Source: Bacteroidales bacterium
Lineage (GTDB): Bacteria > Bacteroidota > Bacteroidia > Bacteroidales > UBA7960
Reading direction: 5' to 3'
Assembly (NCBI GenBank): GCA_019429055.1
Contig: JAHYJP010000001.1
Location: forward strand, 1-60,684
Length of the DNA: 60,684 nt
Shown here: one piece after another, positions 19,604 through 28,875 of the stretch
How positions within the stretch are numbered: position 1 is the stretch's first letter
Layout: each line of letters starts with the position of its first letter
Translations under genes and position numbers: made by a program
Notes under the pieces: generated by a model
Seen by the model: only the letters and a program-made list of their open reading frames with translations
Database searches by the model: none
Told to the model about the DNA's origin: nothing

Positions 19604-21226
19604 TTACGATTTGCCGGAAGAATATTCATCAAACCCGAAAGGAACAAAAATTGTAAAACATGAACCTTTTTTCAACTCACTTTGTAATTTGATATATCCT
19701 CCGTGTAACTCTACAATTGCTTTAACATAACTTAATCCTAATCCAAAACCTTTAACGTTGTGTAAATTTCCGGTTGAAACCCTGTAAAGATTATCAAAAA
19801 TCTTTTTCTGGTTTGCTTTACTGATTCCCATTCCTTTATCTTCAACATGTATCAGTATGCCCTTGTTCACATTTTCGGTTGAAATGGTAATTTGCGGCGA
19901 CTCCGGTGAATATTTGATGGCATTATCCAGCAAATTAAATACCAGATTTGTCAGATGTACCTTATCTGCCTCAAGAAAACTGAACTCGGCACCCAGGTTA
20001 GTAAAGATCTTTCCATGCCGTGTTTTCAGCTGAAGGTCAATTTTATGTATTGCATCTTCTATGACATCATGCAGGTTGAATCCTACTTTATTTAAACGCA
20101 GTTTACCTTTTTCTAATTGTGCTGTTTGAAGAACCTTCTCCGTCATCATTCCCAGTCGCTGATTTTCTTCGTTAATTACCCTGATATAACTTTGATAAAG
20201 GGTTTCCGATTTCTGAACATCCTTATCGCTAAGTGCCTGACAGGCAAGCGATATGGTAGAAATGGGTGTCTTTAGCTCATGGGTCATATTGTTAATGAAG
20301 TCATTCTTTATCAAAGATAGTTTTTTCTGACGTATTATGGTAATTATGGTGTAAGTAAATGAACTGATAATGACCAGAATAAATAAAGTAGATGCAATTG
20401 TCATTATGTTCATCTGGGTAATCAGATATGTCTTCTGATTGGGGAAGTACAGGAATAAGTATTCCTGGCTTCTGAATACGTCATTGGGGTATAGACTGAA
20501 AATATAACCCGACTGCATTAATTCCTGGGGGTATTTCCCTGATTTTTGGGCCAGAAGCGTATTGTAAACCGGATCATATATGCCAAACTCATATTCTGTT
20601 TTAATACCCTGCCTGTCCAATTCCCGACCTATAAGCGAATCGAGCAGATGCTTGCTTTCATCTGAAGACGGGCTGTAAAAAGAATTGCTTGAAAACAGAT
20701 CGTCAAAAAGATCATTTACAAACCTGGTTCGCTGAAAAAATTCAATGAATGCATCCTGTGGTTCATTGTCTAAACCCTGTCGTATGGCATATCCTCTGTC
20801 TCGCAGGTTTCTTTGCCCCTGCAGAGTAGTAGTATCAAAAGAGTTTAATGACCTTCTTTCATAAAAAGGATCACTGGACAAATACTGACCATCAGCCTGC
20901 CAGCCGGGAAGCTGATCATCAATAGTATGCCTGTCGTTTTCCATGGTCCGCAGCACCTGCTGGTAATACTCCCTGTTGATGGAATCAAGAGCTTCAAAAA
21001 AACGGCCAACCTTACGGTCCTGCTCCTGGCGCAGAAGAATAGCATTGGCCATCTCTATTTTGTTGTATTTATTTATGGCTATGGTTATGGCTTCGCCCAC
21101 ACCTCTGTTAAAGTTGGATTCCTTTACCGAAAAAGCATTGCTGATCCAGTAAAGCTGCATTGCCACCAATCCTATCAGAGAAATGGTGATAACCACAATA
21201 ACAAATATGATGACGTTCTTCTTCAT
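19604..21226 (-). CDS. sensor histidine kinase (two TM helices, HisKA, HATPase)
   Basis: There is an N-terminal TM helix, a ~250 aa periplasmic region and a second TM helix. H-box is MTHELKTPISTISLA, N-box is NLLDNAIKYS, G-boxes are DKGMGI and GFGLGLSYVK. The stop lies 24 nt upstream of the RR start. Confidence 0.9.
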   Translation of the reverse strand: MKKNVIIFVIVVITISLIGLVAMQLYWISNAFSVKESNFNRGVGEAITIAINKYNKIEMANAILLRQEQDRKVGRFFEALDSINREYYQQVLRTMENDRHTIDDQLPGWQADGQYLSSDPFYERRSLNSFDTTTLQGQRNLRDRGYAIRQGLDNEPQDAFIEFFQRTRFVNDLFDDLFSSNSFYSPSSDESKHLLDSLIGRELDRQGIKTEYEFGIYDPVYNTLLAQKSGKYPQELMQSGYIFSLYPNDVFRSQEYLFLYFPNQKTYLITQMNIMTIASTLFILVIISSFTYTIITIIRQKKLSLIKNDFINNMTHELKTPISTISLACQALSDKDVQKSETLYQSYIRVINEENQRLGMMTEKVLQTAQLEKGKLRLNKVGFNLHDVIEDAIHKIDLQLKTRHGKIFTNLGAEFSFLEADKVHLTNLVFNLLDNAIKYSPESPQITISTENVNKGILIHVEDKGMGISKANQKKIFDNLYRVSTGNLHNVKGFGLGLSYVKAIVELHGGYIKLQSELKKGSCFTIFVPFGFDEYSSGKS

Positions 21227-21458
21227 TAGGTATTACAAACTATATTTAAATACTAAACTGCCAGCAGTTTGTAAAATTACAAACACTATGTGCTATTGTT
21301 TTGATTTTAACAAAATTTAATTGGTAAATAATTGAAATTGAGCGCTGTTAAGCTCATATCCAATTGACGGATTGAACATTACATAATATTTAGATATGTG
21401 CTTAACACAAATTAACACCGATTAACTTTTTTTAAATCAGAAGGTTCAAAAATTCATT

Positions 21459-21466
21459 TACTTTTG
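21459..21466 (+). promoter_or_regulatory. Bacteroidota -7 promoter box TACTTTTG
   Basis: TAnnTTTG match 18 nt upstream of the ATG at 21484. Confidence 0.4.
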
Positions 21467-21483
21467 TATTAAGGCAAACAAAC

Positions 21484-21543
21484 ATGAAAATACCAATAGT
21501 TCTCATTGGTTTTTACAGTGTATTAGTTTTTGTGGTTATTTAA
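21484..21543 (+). CDS. 19-aa hydrophobic small ORF (MKIPIVLIGFYSVLVFVVI)
   Basis: An ATG...TAA ORF sits between a consensus -7 box and a perfect intrinsic terminator. The peptide is essentially one TM helix. It is too short for any statistical coding support. Confidence 0.3.
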   Translation: MKIPIVLIGFYSVLVFVVI

Positions 21544-21553
21544 TTGTGGATTG

Positions 21554-21588
21554 AAACCGGCCGGGGTGGTTACCGGCCGGTTTTTTTT
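21554..21588 (+). terminator. strong intrinsic terminator
   Basis: Perfect 11-bp stem AAACCGGCCGG (21554-64) / CCGGCCGGTTT (21573-83) with an 8-nt loop. The T tract is eight residues (21581-21588); its first three bases are the 3' end of the stem. Confidence 0.8.
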
Positions 21589-21903
21589 ATGCCTGCCACC
21601 AAAAGCATCCCCGGCTTGTCGCCAACCACAGTTTATAACGTGCTGGATATTCTTGCCGGCAAAGGAATGATCAAAAAGGTTAAAACCGATTCGGGTGTAA
21701 TGCGCTACGATGCTGTTTCAGACCATCACCATCATATGTACTGCACAGATACCGACAGGGTGGAAGATTTTTTTGACCCTGAACTGGACATGATACTTCA
21801 GAATTATTTCCAAAAGAAGAAAATAGAAGGGTTTAAGCTGGAAGATATCAAGCTACAACTTATGGGGAAATTTGAGGAATCAGAAACAAGTAAATCAATT
21901 TAA
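21589..21903 (+). CDS. Fur/PerR-family transcriptional regulator, N-terminally truncated (possible pseudogene)
   Basis: GLSPTTVYNVLDILAGKGMIKKV matches the Fur recognition helix and wing. HHHHMYC matches the Fur metal-site region. Only 104 aa follow the first ATG, whereas Fur proteins are typically about 130-150 aa. The ATG overlaps the terminator T-run and the upstream sequence is non-coding. Confidence 0.65.
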   Translation: MPATKSIPGLSPTTVYNVLDILAGKGMIKKVKTDSGVMRYDAVSDHHHHMYCTDTDRVEDFFDPELDMILQNYFQKKKIEGFKLEDIKLQLMGKFEESETSKSI

Positions 21904-21928
21904 TATTAACATCAAAAATCAAATTAAT

Positions 21929-22405
21929 ATGTCACAAATAAATCAAATAGGACTCGAAAACAACCAGGTAAAAGAACTGATTGACAAACTGAATGATCTG
22001 TTGGCCAATTACCAGGTATTTTATCAGAATACCCGTGGTTTTCACTGGAACATCAGGGGTCATAAATTTTTTGAACTTCATGTAAAATTTGAAGAACTGT
22101 ATAACGATCTGCACACCAAAATTGATGAAATTGCTGAACGCATCCTTACACTTGGCGGAACGCCCCTGCATACTTTTGAAGACTATGTAAGGGTATCAAA
22201 AATTAAGGCAATGAAAGATGCATCAGAAGATGTGGTATGCGTTAAAGGACTGCTGGATGGGTTTAAGATCCTGCTTGAAAAGCAAAGAGTAATTCTTGAG
22301 CTATCTGACAAAATGGACGATGAAGGAACCAACGCCATGGCCAGCGATTACATCCGCGAGCAGGAAAAACTGGTATGGATGTACTCATCATGGTTAAATC
22401 AATAA
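21929..22405 (+). CDS. dps: Dps family DNA-protection/ferritin-like protein
   Basis: ATG at 21929 gives a 158-aa protein. The Dps ferroxidase-site region is FHWNIRGHKFFELHVKFEELYNDLHTKIDEIAERI. Confidence 0.9.
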   Translation: MSQINQIGLENNQVKELIDKLNDLLANYQVFYQNTRGFHWNIRGHKFFELHVKFEELYNDLHTKIDEIAERILTLGGTPLHTFEDYVRVSKIKAMKDASEDVVCVKGLLDGFKILLEKQRVILELSDKMDDEGTNAMASDYIREQEKLVWMYSSWLNQ

Positions 22406-22462
22406 GTTTTTGGTTTAATTTTAAAATGAAGTTGCTTCATCAATAAAACTTTAATACATATA

Positions 22463-22501
22463 GCTGCTGAAACAGATTTTGTTGTTTTAGCAGCCTTTTT
22501 T
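22463..22501 (+). terminator. intrinsic terminator after dps
   Basis: 12-bp stem GCTGCTGAAACA / TGTTTTAGCAGC with one G-U pair and an 8-nt loop, followed by C and a T6 run. Confidence 0.7.
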
Positions 22502-22665
22502 ATACGTAATTTTACAAAAAAACCTGATAAATACATCCTGCTGATTTTTAAATGTTCTAAACAAAATGCAGTTGTTTTGTTTTAAAATGTGATCAAACAA
22601 AATAAGTGTTTACCGTGGTGTATAAACACGTATATACACTAGTCAATCAATCACTCTATATGTTA

Positions 22666-22673
22666 TATCTTTG
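22666..22673 (+). promoter_or_regulatory. Bacteroidota -7 promoter box TATCTTTG
   Basis: TAnnTTTG match about 100 nt upstream of the ATG at 22775. Confidence 0.3.
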
Positions 22674-22774
22674 TAAGTAAAATAACGTATTCTGTCTGAA
22701 AAACATACCTGAATGAACAATTAAGACAAATATGGATTTAATTTGAGTTGAAAACGAAATCTAAAAATTAATAT

Positions 22775-24214
22775 ATGAAGAAATATATACTTTTCTTTTG
22801 TTTTATCCTTGGAACAATTTTAAGCGGTTTTGGTCAAACCAGTAATACTACTGGTGGCGGGAACTGGACAGAAGGTAATACATGGTTAGGAGGTAATCCA
22901 CCCCCAACCACAATACCAAACAATTATAATCTAAATGTCGTTACAATCAATTTCCCTGATTCAGTATGGCTTAACCAAACGCTAATTACAAACAAAAACG
23001 ATTTTACCATAGATGTTTATGGAAGATTAAAAATCGATTCAATTTATGCAAACAACAGATTGAATATTGTTGTGCAGAGTAATGGTATTTTTTATGTTGA
23101 AGGAGGAATTGATGTAAATAACATTCTGGGTATTACAGTACATGAAGGAGGACAATTAATTGTTGGAGGAGAGATTTCTTTGAGAAATAGTGCCACAATA
23201 ATTGTTGACGGTGAATTATCCGCAGAAATCATTACGGGAGGAAACAATAATAATTTAGAAGGAGATGGCACACTATACCTTCCGGATGAAGGTGCTTTAA
23301 ACGGCATAAATCTTGGAGGTTTTACAGGTAATATTGTGTATGGGGACACTGATTTATCCTTACCGGCTCCTTTCAACCTCTCAGGTTTTGAAATAAGTGG
23401 CCCTAAGGTGCAATTAAACTGGAGTTTTACAGAACTCATTCCTTCTGGATTCATGGGGTTTCAAGTATTTAGAAATAATAACAGACCATTAATTGCAGCT
23501 TACATTTCTGAAGTTATTTTTGCAATACCAATTGATGATACAGAATTTACCGTTTTGGGAAATACATTATCGTTCCTTGACGAAGACCTTAATCCAGGAG
23601 ATGGACCAAAGTATTTTGTACGTGCAGTTTATATTATTGATAACGAAATAAAATTTTCTGCAATATCGAATGTAATAGACTTTTTATCCCAACCCCTCCC
23701 GATCGAGCTCCTTTCCTTCCATGCACAGGCACTGGATAAGGCCATTGGACTCTACTGGTCAACTGCGGCAGAAATCAATAATATGGGCTTTGAGGTTCAG
23801 CGAATGAATACTTCTTCCGGTGGATGGGATGTGATCGGATGGGTTGACGGAAACTACAACCACAATGGCATTCTCAGCTATTCCTTTACCGATTTCAACC
23901 CACAGGAAGGTGTAAACTACTACAGGCTTCGCCAGCTTGATTTTGACGGGGCTTATGAATTTTACGGACCAGTTGCTGCAGCCCTGGATATGCCCCCCGG
24001 CTCATTCGACCTTAAATTTGTCAGATACCACAACGAAATTTTTGTGATTATGCCGGGTAACGAAACCGGTTTGCTTGAGGTTTTTGACCTATCAGGAAAA
24101 AGGATATCAGCTCAATACGCAAATGGTTCGATATCAATGCCTCTGGCACGAGGCACTTACATAATCAGATTCTCGAACAATTATAAGACGGCTACTGCCA
24201 AGGTAGTATTGTAG
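22775..24214 (+). CDS. secreted protein with T9SS type A C-terminal sorting domain
   Basis: It has a signal peptide (MKKYILFFCFILGTILSGFGQ) and an N/G/I-rich repetitive beta-helix-like N-terminal half. A conserved module (PIELLSF...GLYWSTAAEINNMGFEVQR...YYRLRQLDFDGAYEFYGPV) follows. The C-terminal ~75 aa (LLEVFDLSGKRI...GTYIIRFSNNYKTATAKVVL) are typical of T9SS sorting domains. Confidence 0.8.
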   Translation: MKKYILFFCFILGTILSGFGQTSNTTGGGNWTEGNTWLGGNPPPTTIPNNYNLNVVTINFPDSVWLNQTLITNKNDFTIDVYGRLKIDSIYANNRLNIVVQSNGIFYVEGGIDVNNILGITVHEGGQLIVGGEISLRNSATIIVDGELSAEIITGGNNNNLEGDGTLYLPDEGALNGINLGGFTGNIVYGDTDLSLPAPFNLSGFEISGPKVQLNWSFTELIPSGFMGFQVFRNNNRPLIAAYISEVIFAIPIDDTEFTVLGNTLSFLDEDLNPGDGPKYFVRAVYIIDNEIKFSAISNVIDFLSQPLPIELLSFHAQALDKAIGLYWSTAAEINNMGFEVQRMNTSSGGWDVIGWVDGNYNHNGILSYSFTDFNPQEGVNYYRLRQLDFDGAYEFYGPVAAALDMPPGSFDLKFVRYHNEIFVIMPGNETGLLEVFDLSGKRISAQYANGSISMPLARGTYIIRFSNNYKTATAKVVL

Positions 24215-24240
24215 GCTGAATATATCTATAAAACTCAAAA

Positions 24241-24270
24241 GGTGGGGTATAACATACCCTGCCTTTTTTT
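24241..24270 (+). terminator. intrinsic terminator after the T9SS substrate gene
   Basis: GGTGGGGTAT-aac-ATACCCTGCC forms a 10-bp stem including two G-U pairs, followed by a T7 run. Confidence 0.7.
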
Positions 24271-24318
24271 ATACATTTTCAAAACAATTTCTATCTTTAT
24301 CACAAAAAGCAATGTGAT

Positions 24319-25164
24319 ATGAGCAAAACACCAATGATTAAGAAGGCTTCAGGGGAAACAGAAGCTTTTGATCCCGATAAACTCAGAAACTCCCTGAAAA
24401 GGGCCGGTACATCTGATGAACTGGCAGAGGAAATCCTTGATGAAATTTTGCCCCGGTTATCTGAAGGAATGTCCACAAGGGAAATTTACAAAAAGGCATT
24501 CAGCATGTTGCGAAAACGAAAAAGTTCAAACGCAGCCCGCTACAGCCTTAAAAGAGCCATTATGGAGCTTGGTCCCACCGGTTATCCGTTCGAGCATTTC
24601 GTAGCGCAGGTGCTGGCTCACAATGGATTTAAAATTGAAGTAGGGCAAATCCTCCAGGGGAAATGTATTACACACGAAGTGGATGTTGTAGCCACACATA
24701 ATAATACACAATACCTTGTAGAATGCAAATTTTACAACAGCCAGGGAAAATACGCCAATGTAAGAGTGCCTCTCTACATTCGTGCACGTGTGGATGACAT
24801 TATAGAATTCAGGGAAAAGTTACCCCAATACAAAGAAACCCGGTTTTTTGGCTGGGTAGTAACCAATACGCGATTTACAGATGACGCCATGAACTACGGG
24901 CGATGTGCAGGATTACATATGCTTAGCTGGAACCTCCCAAAAAACAAAGGACTCAAGGATATGGTAGAGCAGGCTAAAGTATTTCCTATAACGGCATTAA
25001 CCAACCTTAACAAAAAACAAAAGGAATACATACTGTCAAAAGAAATTGTTTTGTGCAGTCAACTCAAAGAAAAAATAAATATCCTTCACGAAATAAACCT
25101 ATCTGAAAGTATGCAGAAAAAAATTATTGATGAACTGGATGAACTGATTAATTCAGTGGATTAG
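24319..25164 (+). CDS. ATP-cone domain fused to a PD-(D/E)xK (Mrr-like) restriction-endonuclease-fold domain
   Basis: The N-terminal ~90 aa (IKKASGETEAFDPDKLRNSLKRAG...EILDEI...REIYKKAF) fit the ATP-cone pattern. The central region GYPFEHFVAQVLAHNGF...HEVDVVATHNNTQYLVECKFY carries a D...E-x-K nuclease signature. The C-terminal ~70 aa form a helical tail. Confidence 0.75.
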   Translation: MSKTPMIKKASGETEAFDPDKLRNSLKRAGTSDELAEEILDEILPRLSEGMSTREIYKKAFSMLRKRKSSNAARYSLKRAIMELGPTGYPFEHFVAQVLAHNGFKIEVGQILQGKCITHEVDVVATHNNTQYLVECKFYNSQGKYANVRVPLYIRARVDDIIEFREKLPQYKETRFFGWVVTNTRFTDDAMNYGRCAGLHMLSWNLPKNKGLKDMVEQAKVFPITALTNLNKKQKEYILSKEIVLCSQLKEKINILHEINLSESMQKKIIDELDELINSVD

Positions 25165-25690
25165 CAGTCATTCGTGCCTTGAAAGTAAAAACCACCGTAA
25201 AATCAGCAGGGGTTTCATCAACCTGGCCTTCTAATTTTATCCCAAACGTATGCGGCGGATTTTCAATCAGGGTAGCGAGTTTCCCCTCTCCATCTGCATT
25301 TACATCCAATACAGTTGGATTGAACAGCAAATCATGCAATACAACATTCTGAAGGTTTACGATATTCTTTTCATCTGTTCCATCCGGGTTAGAAGCATTA
25401 AGGCTGAGGTTAATAACCTTTTGTTCCCCGGAACCCTGGTGAGCTTTCAAATGATATTTTACTTCCAGAATTTCAATTTTTTTGATTTTTGAACCGTAGT
25501 CATCTATGAGTGTTTCTTTTTGCGAAAGGTTTACAGACGCAAATTCAAGGAAGGAGTCATCATTTTCGTAAACAACAAATTCATGCTCAAAAGTGAATGT
25601 TTCTTTTACATCAAAAAGTTCTTCATCGCAGCTATAGAGCATAAAAAGGCCTAATAGGGCCACTGCCGGGGTAATAAATGAAGTTTTCAT
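25148..25690 (-). CDS. hypothetical lipoprotein
   Basis: ATG at 25690 gives MKTSFITPAVALLGLFMLYSCDEE, a lipoprotein signal with Cys. I recognise no family. The 3' end overlaps the convergent ATP-cone gene by 17 nt. Confidence 0.6.
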   Translation of the reverse strand: MKTSFITPAVALLGLFMLYSCDEELFDVKETFTFEHEFVVYENDDSFLEFASVNLSQKETLIDDYGSKIKKIEILEVKYHLKAHQGSGEQKVINLSLNASNPDGTDEKNIVNLQNVVLHDLLFNPTVLDVNADGEGKLATLIENPPHTFGIKLEGQVDETPADFTVVFTFKARMTANPLN

Positions 25691-25991
25691 AGAATGTGAT
25701 ATTGGTTTGTGATAATTCTTATGTAAATTTAGCATTTTCTTCCATATAATTAACTTTTTTACCGATCTGTAATTAAAAATTAATGAGTAAAATATTTTGG
25801 AGAATTGATGCCACAAGATTTGGCTGGGTGATGAAAGGTATTCGTGGAAGAACAGATGTTATCCGTTTTCATCAGGAACTTCATTCCTTGCTCAATGAAA
25901 ATTATACCCGAAGGGATAAGCTTCAGAATATTTCCGAAGAATATCCTGAAGATAGTATGGGTAACAGAATGGGAATCTGGTTATAAACAGA

Positions 25992-27425
25992 TTATAACTC
26001 TCCTCTTCTTTCTATAAGCTCCTCCTTAATCAGATTGGCCTTGTCTTCGGTCAGATCATATCTCCACATTACCAAAATGGCTAATGCGGCAGTAGTAGCA
26101 GGAATAATTATATCAGCAAGCCGGAGATTTGTCATTGTTTCAGCAGTTTGTACCGCTGCTCCGGAGTCAAACCCTACGAGCTTAAGAACTAAACCTCCAA
26201 GAACAAGAGCCAGTGCCTGCCCAAGCTTCACCATCCACCAGTAGATAGCACCGAACGTGCCCTCTTTCCTGGGCATTCCATTTTTATATTCATCCAGATC
26301 GCAAACATCTGCAGTCATACTCATCATCAGGGTGAATAGGCCCCCAATTCCAAATACCATTAAGGGCACGGGCATAAACATCAGCCAGGGGTTACCCGGG
26401 CTAAATCCCCACCATTTCAAAGCGTAACCAATAATGGAGATTAATGTAGCAATAATAAAAGCATTGCGCTTACCCCATCTGTTTGACATCCAGGTGATAA
26501 TTGGAATGATCAGGAATGCAGTAAATAATGCGCTTACGGTTGAGAACCAGGCAGGCCATGTTCCCGCAGCACCATAGTCGCCGTTAAACATATAGAATAA
26601 AATGATGAAATAGCTGAAGGAAGCAACCAACTGGAAGCCGTTAAATACCAGGAAGGTAGCACCACATAGCCTGACAAAAGGTATATTCTTAAAAATCAGC
26701 CCCATATTCTTAATCAGACTCTTGAAATTTTTGGATATATTCTCCAGGGTAAGATCATCCCTGTTGGTAAGATTCTCCTGATTAACCTCCTTGCAATAGA
26801 GAGCGGGAATAATACCTAAAATCATGCAAATTCCTCCCACGATGATTGAGAGTCTCCTTACCCCAACAGCCTGCGTTTCAAACAGATCGGGGTTAGCAAT
26901 CAGCACCCAGAACCATGGTACAATCATCCATGCAACCTGCCCGAAGGTTTGAGCGAATGCCATCAGGCGGGTACGCTCGTTATAGTCGGAAGTCATTTCA
27001 TAGCCCAACCCAATATATGGCGTAGCAAAAATGGTATTGGCAATAATAAAAATGAAAGAAAAAGTCAGGAAGTACCAGAAATTATACATCTGCGAGTTAT
27101 CGGGATTGAGCTGCCATAGCACGGCAAACATTATACCGCTTAGTATTGCACCTATGAAGATGTAGGGTCTTCTGCGCCCAAACCTCGACTTGGTATTGTC
27201 GGTGATATAACCCATAATGGGATCGGTGAGAGCATCCAGCAGCCGGGGCAGGCCACCCAGGAGCCCTGCAAGGAATGGGTCGATACCAAAGGCGGTGAGA
27301 AGGAAGAACTGGAATACTCCCAGTGAACCCGGCAGCAAGTTGATCACCAGGTTGCCAGTTCCAAAGGCTACCTTTTGGCCTAGGGGTAACTTGCCTCTTC
27401 CGGATTGCGTTTGTGATGATGACAT
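25992..27425 (-). CDS. MFS transporter, glycoside-pentoside-hexuronide (GPH) cation symporter family
   Basis: About 12 TM helices. A GPH-type motif is present (LPRLLDALTDPIMGYITDNTKSRFGRRRPYI). This is the last gene of the PUL. Confidence 0.8.
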   Translation of the reverse strand: MSSSQTQSGRGKLPLGQKVAFGTGNLVINLLPGSLGVFQFFLLTAFGIDPFLAGLLGGLPRLLDALTDPIMGYITDNTKSRFGRRRPYIFIGAILSGIMFAVLWQLNPDNSQMYNFWYFLTFSFIFIIANTIFATPYIGLGYEMTSDYNERTRLMAFAQTFGQVAWMIVPWFWVLIANPDLFETQAVGVRRLSIIVGGICMILGIIPALYCKEVNQENLTNRDDLTLENISKNFKSLIKNMGLIFKNIPFVRLCGATFLVFNGFQLVASFSYFIILFYMFNGDYGAAGTWPAWFSTVSALFTAFLIIPIITWMSNRWGKRNAFIIATLISIIGYALKWWGFSPGNPWLMFMPVPLMVFGIGGLFTLMMSMTADVCDLDEYKNGMPRKEGTFGAIYWWMVKLGQALALVLGGLVLKLVGFDSGAAVQTAETMTNLRLADIIIPATTAALAILVMWRYDLTEDKANLIKEELIERRGEL

Positions 27426-27552
27426 ATTATTTCAAATTTAGATTACAAAAAAGTTATAACATGAATGATTCTTCATGGCGAATCTTACTTCCATTAACAT
27501 TAAAACACAACTGAGCTGATATGCAACGAGTCAGGTCAGGTTAGCTGCGTAT

Positions 27553-28821
27553 TTAGTTGCGTGCTCTTATTTCCCGTTCTGCAGGCGGCACCTTCACTGT
27601 TTTCATCATTGCATTCCTGTCGCCATTGAAGGTTTTGGTAATGGGCATTCCGTCGCGGGTTAAACCTTCGAAGGTTCCGTCATCCACCAGTTCCCACAGG
27701 GCGTATTTAGCCTGAGCCTGCAAGTTGATCAGTCCGAAATGATTTTCTGATCCCAGCGGGTTTGCCGCATCTTTCCATTGTTCGTCGAAAGCTTCAAAAT
27801 AGAAGCAGGAAATATTCTCGCGGTTGGTCCATTCTCGCATATCCCGGTAAAAAAGCGCAGATTTATATTCGTCAATGGCTCTTGCACCCTCATCTCCATA
27901 AAACTCATTGGATATGGTGGCCCAGCCGGTTTCGCCAATATGGACAGGTTTATCTAACCCCAGGCTTTGCATGTAATCAACCACACTCTGGTATTGAGAA
28001 ATGGCATAATCCATGGCTCGTTCCATGGCCGAATGAATTTTTTCAAGATCTGACAAGTGTTCTTCATCTTCCGGTACGCCCCAAAATTCGGGATTGTAAT
28101 GGGTGTCGTGCATGGGGTATGTATGCATAGAAATGAAATCAACTGCTTCAATGAGGTTATTCAGATCATCCTTGTGGTACTCTGTACCGCCACCACCCCA
28201 TGATGCAAAATTGTCGGAGCTGGTGATCCACAGGTCTTCGGACAATTCCCCTTGCTGCTTAAGGTGCTGCAAGTGATTTACCCAGTAAAGAATAATACCC
28301 GGCTCAACATAATAATCCCATGCCCAGTGCACCATGGCTTCGTTGCCAACGGCAATAATTTTTACGATATCAGGGTATTGTTGAGTAAGTTCAACAGCAC
28401 GGGCTATTTCAACAGCATTTCGGGGGCTTTCCTGATCCCTTATGCGATCAGGAAGGTCCGTCCAGGCATTTTTACAGTCTATCCAGGCACCCAGCATGAC
28501 ATACATTTCAAATTCCGGGTCTTCAGCTTTCATCTGGCTTATAGCCTCCAGAAGATTAGCAGCCTCATCGTGATGCACATTGTAGGTTCGCAATATTTTA
28601 ACACCCATGGCAGATAATATTTTCATGTCTTCCTTCAACTGTGGAATGGTGGGCTGAATATCCCTTGTGATTTCGCGATAGCCTCCATAGGAAATTGCCT
28701 GATAGTCAGGGTTGCCTAATATCTCAGCTGCAGTTTTCCCCAAAGGTTCCTGGCCCGGGGTGCAAGAGAACATCAGCAGTGCTGCCAGGACTGAAAACAG
28801 GAATAAAGTTGTCCGCTTCAT
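27553..28821 (-). CDS. GH17 family beta-1,3-glucan hydrolase/transglycosylase, lipoprotein
   Basis: Lipoprotein signal is LLMFSCTPGQ. The GH17/clan GH-A catalytic motifs are AVGNEAMVHW (acid/base Glu) and VHIGETGWAT (nucleophile Glu, GH17 signature E-[ST]-G-W). Confidence 0.75.
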   Translation of the reverse strand: MKRTTLFLFSVLAALLMFSCTPGQEPLGKTAAEILGNPDYQAISYGGYREITRDIQPTIPQLKEDMKILSAMGVKILRTYNVHHDEAANLLEAISQMKAEDPEFEMYVMLGAWIDCKNAWTDLPDRIRDQESPRNAVEIARAVELTQQYPDIVKIIAVGNEAMVHWAWDYYVEPGIILYWVNHLQHLKQQGELSEDLWITSSDNFASWGGGGTEYHKDDLNNLIEAVDFISMHTYPMHDTHYNPEFWGVPEDEEHLSDLEKIHSAMERAMDYAISQYQSVVDYMQSLGLDKPVHIGETGWATISNEFYGDEGARAIDEYKSALFYRDMREWTNRENISCFYFEAFDEQWKDAANPLGSENHFGLINLQAQAKYALWELVDDGTFEGLTRDGMPITKTFNGDRNAMMKTVKVPPAEREIRARN

Positions 28822-28875
28822 AGTTATTGTATAAGTTTATGTCCTTGTTTGCAATTATACCAGGTAACTGTTTTT

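Noticed and set aside
21544-21588. TTG-initiated N-terminal extension of the Fur-like ORF (MWIETGRGGYRPVFF)
   Set aside because: This stretch is the perfect 11-bp hairpin plus T-run. Its translation has no similarity to Fur N-termini, so it was interpreted as a terminator rather than coding sequence.
25783-25986. 67-aa plus-strand ORF in the gap between the lipoprotein gene and the last PUL gene
   Set aside because: It has no recognisable motif and no consensus -7 box upstream, and it lies in a region expected to hold the lipoprotein promoter and the PUL terminator. It cannot be excluded as a small gene, but there is not enough support to call it.
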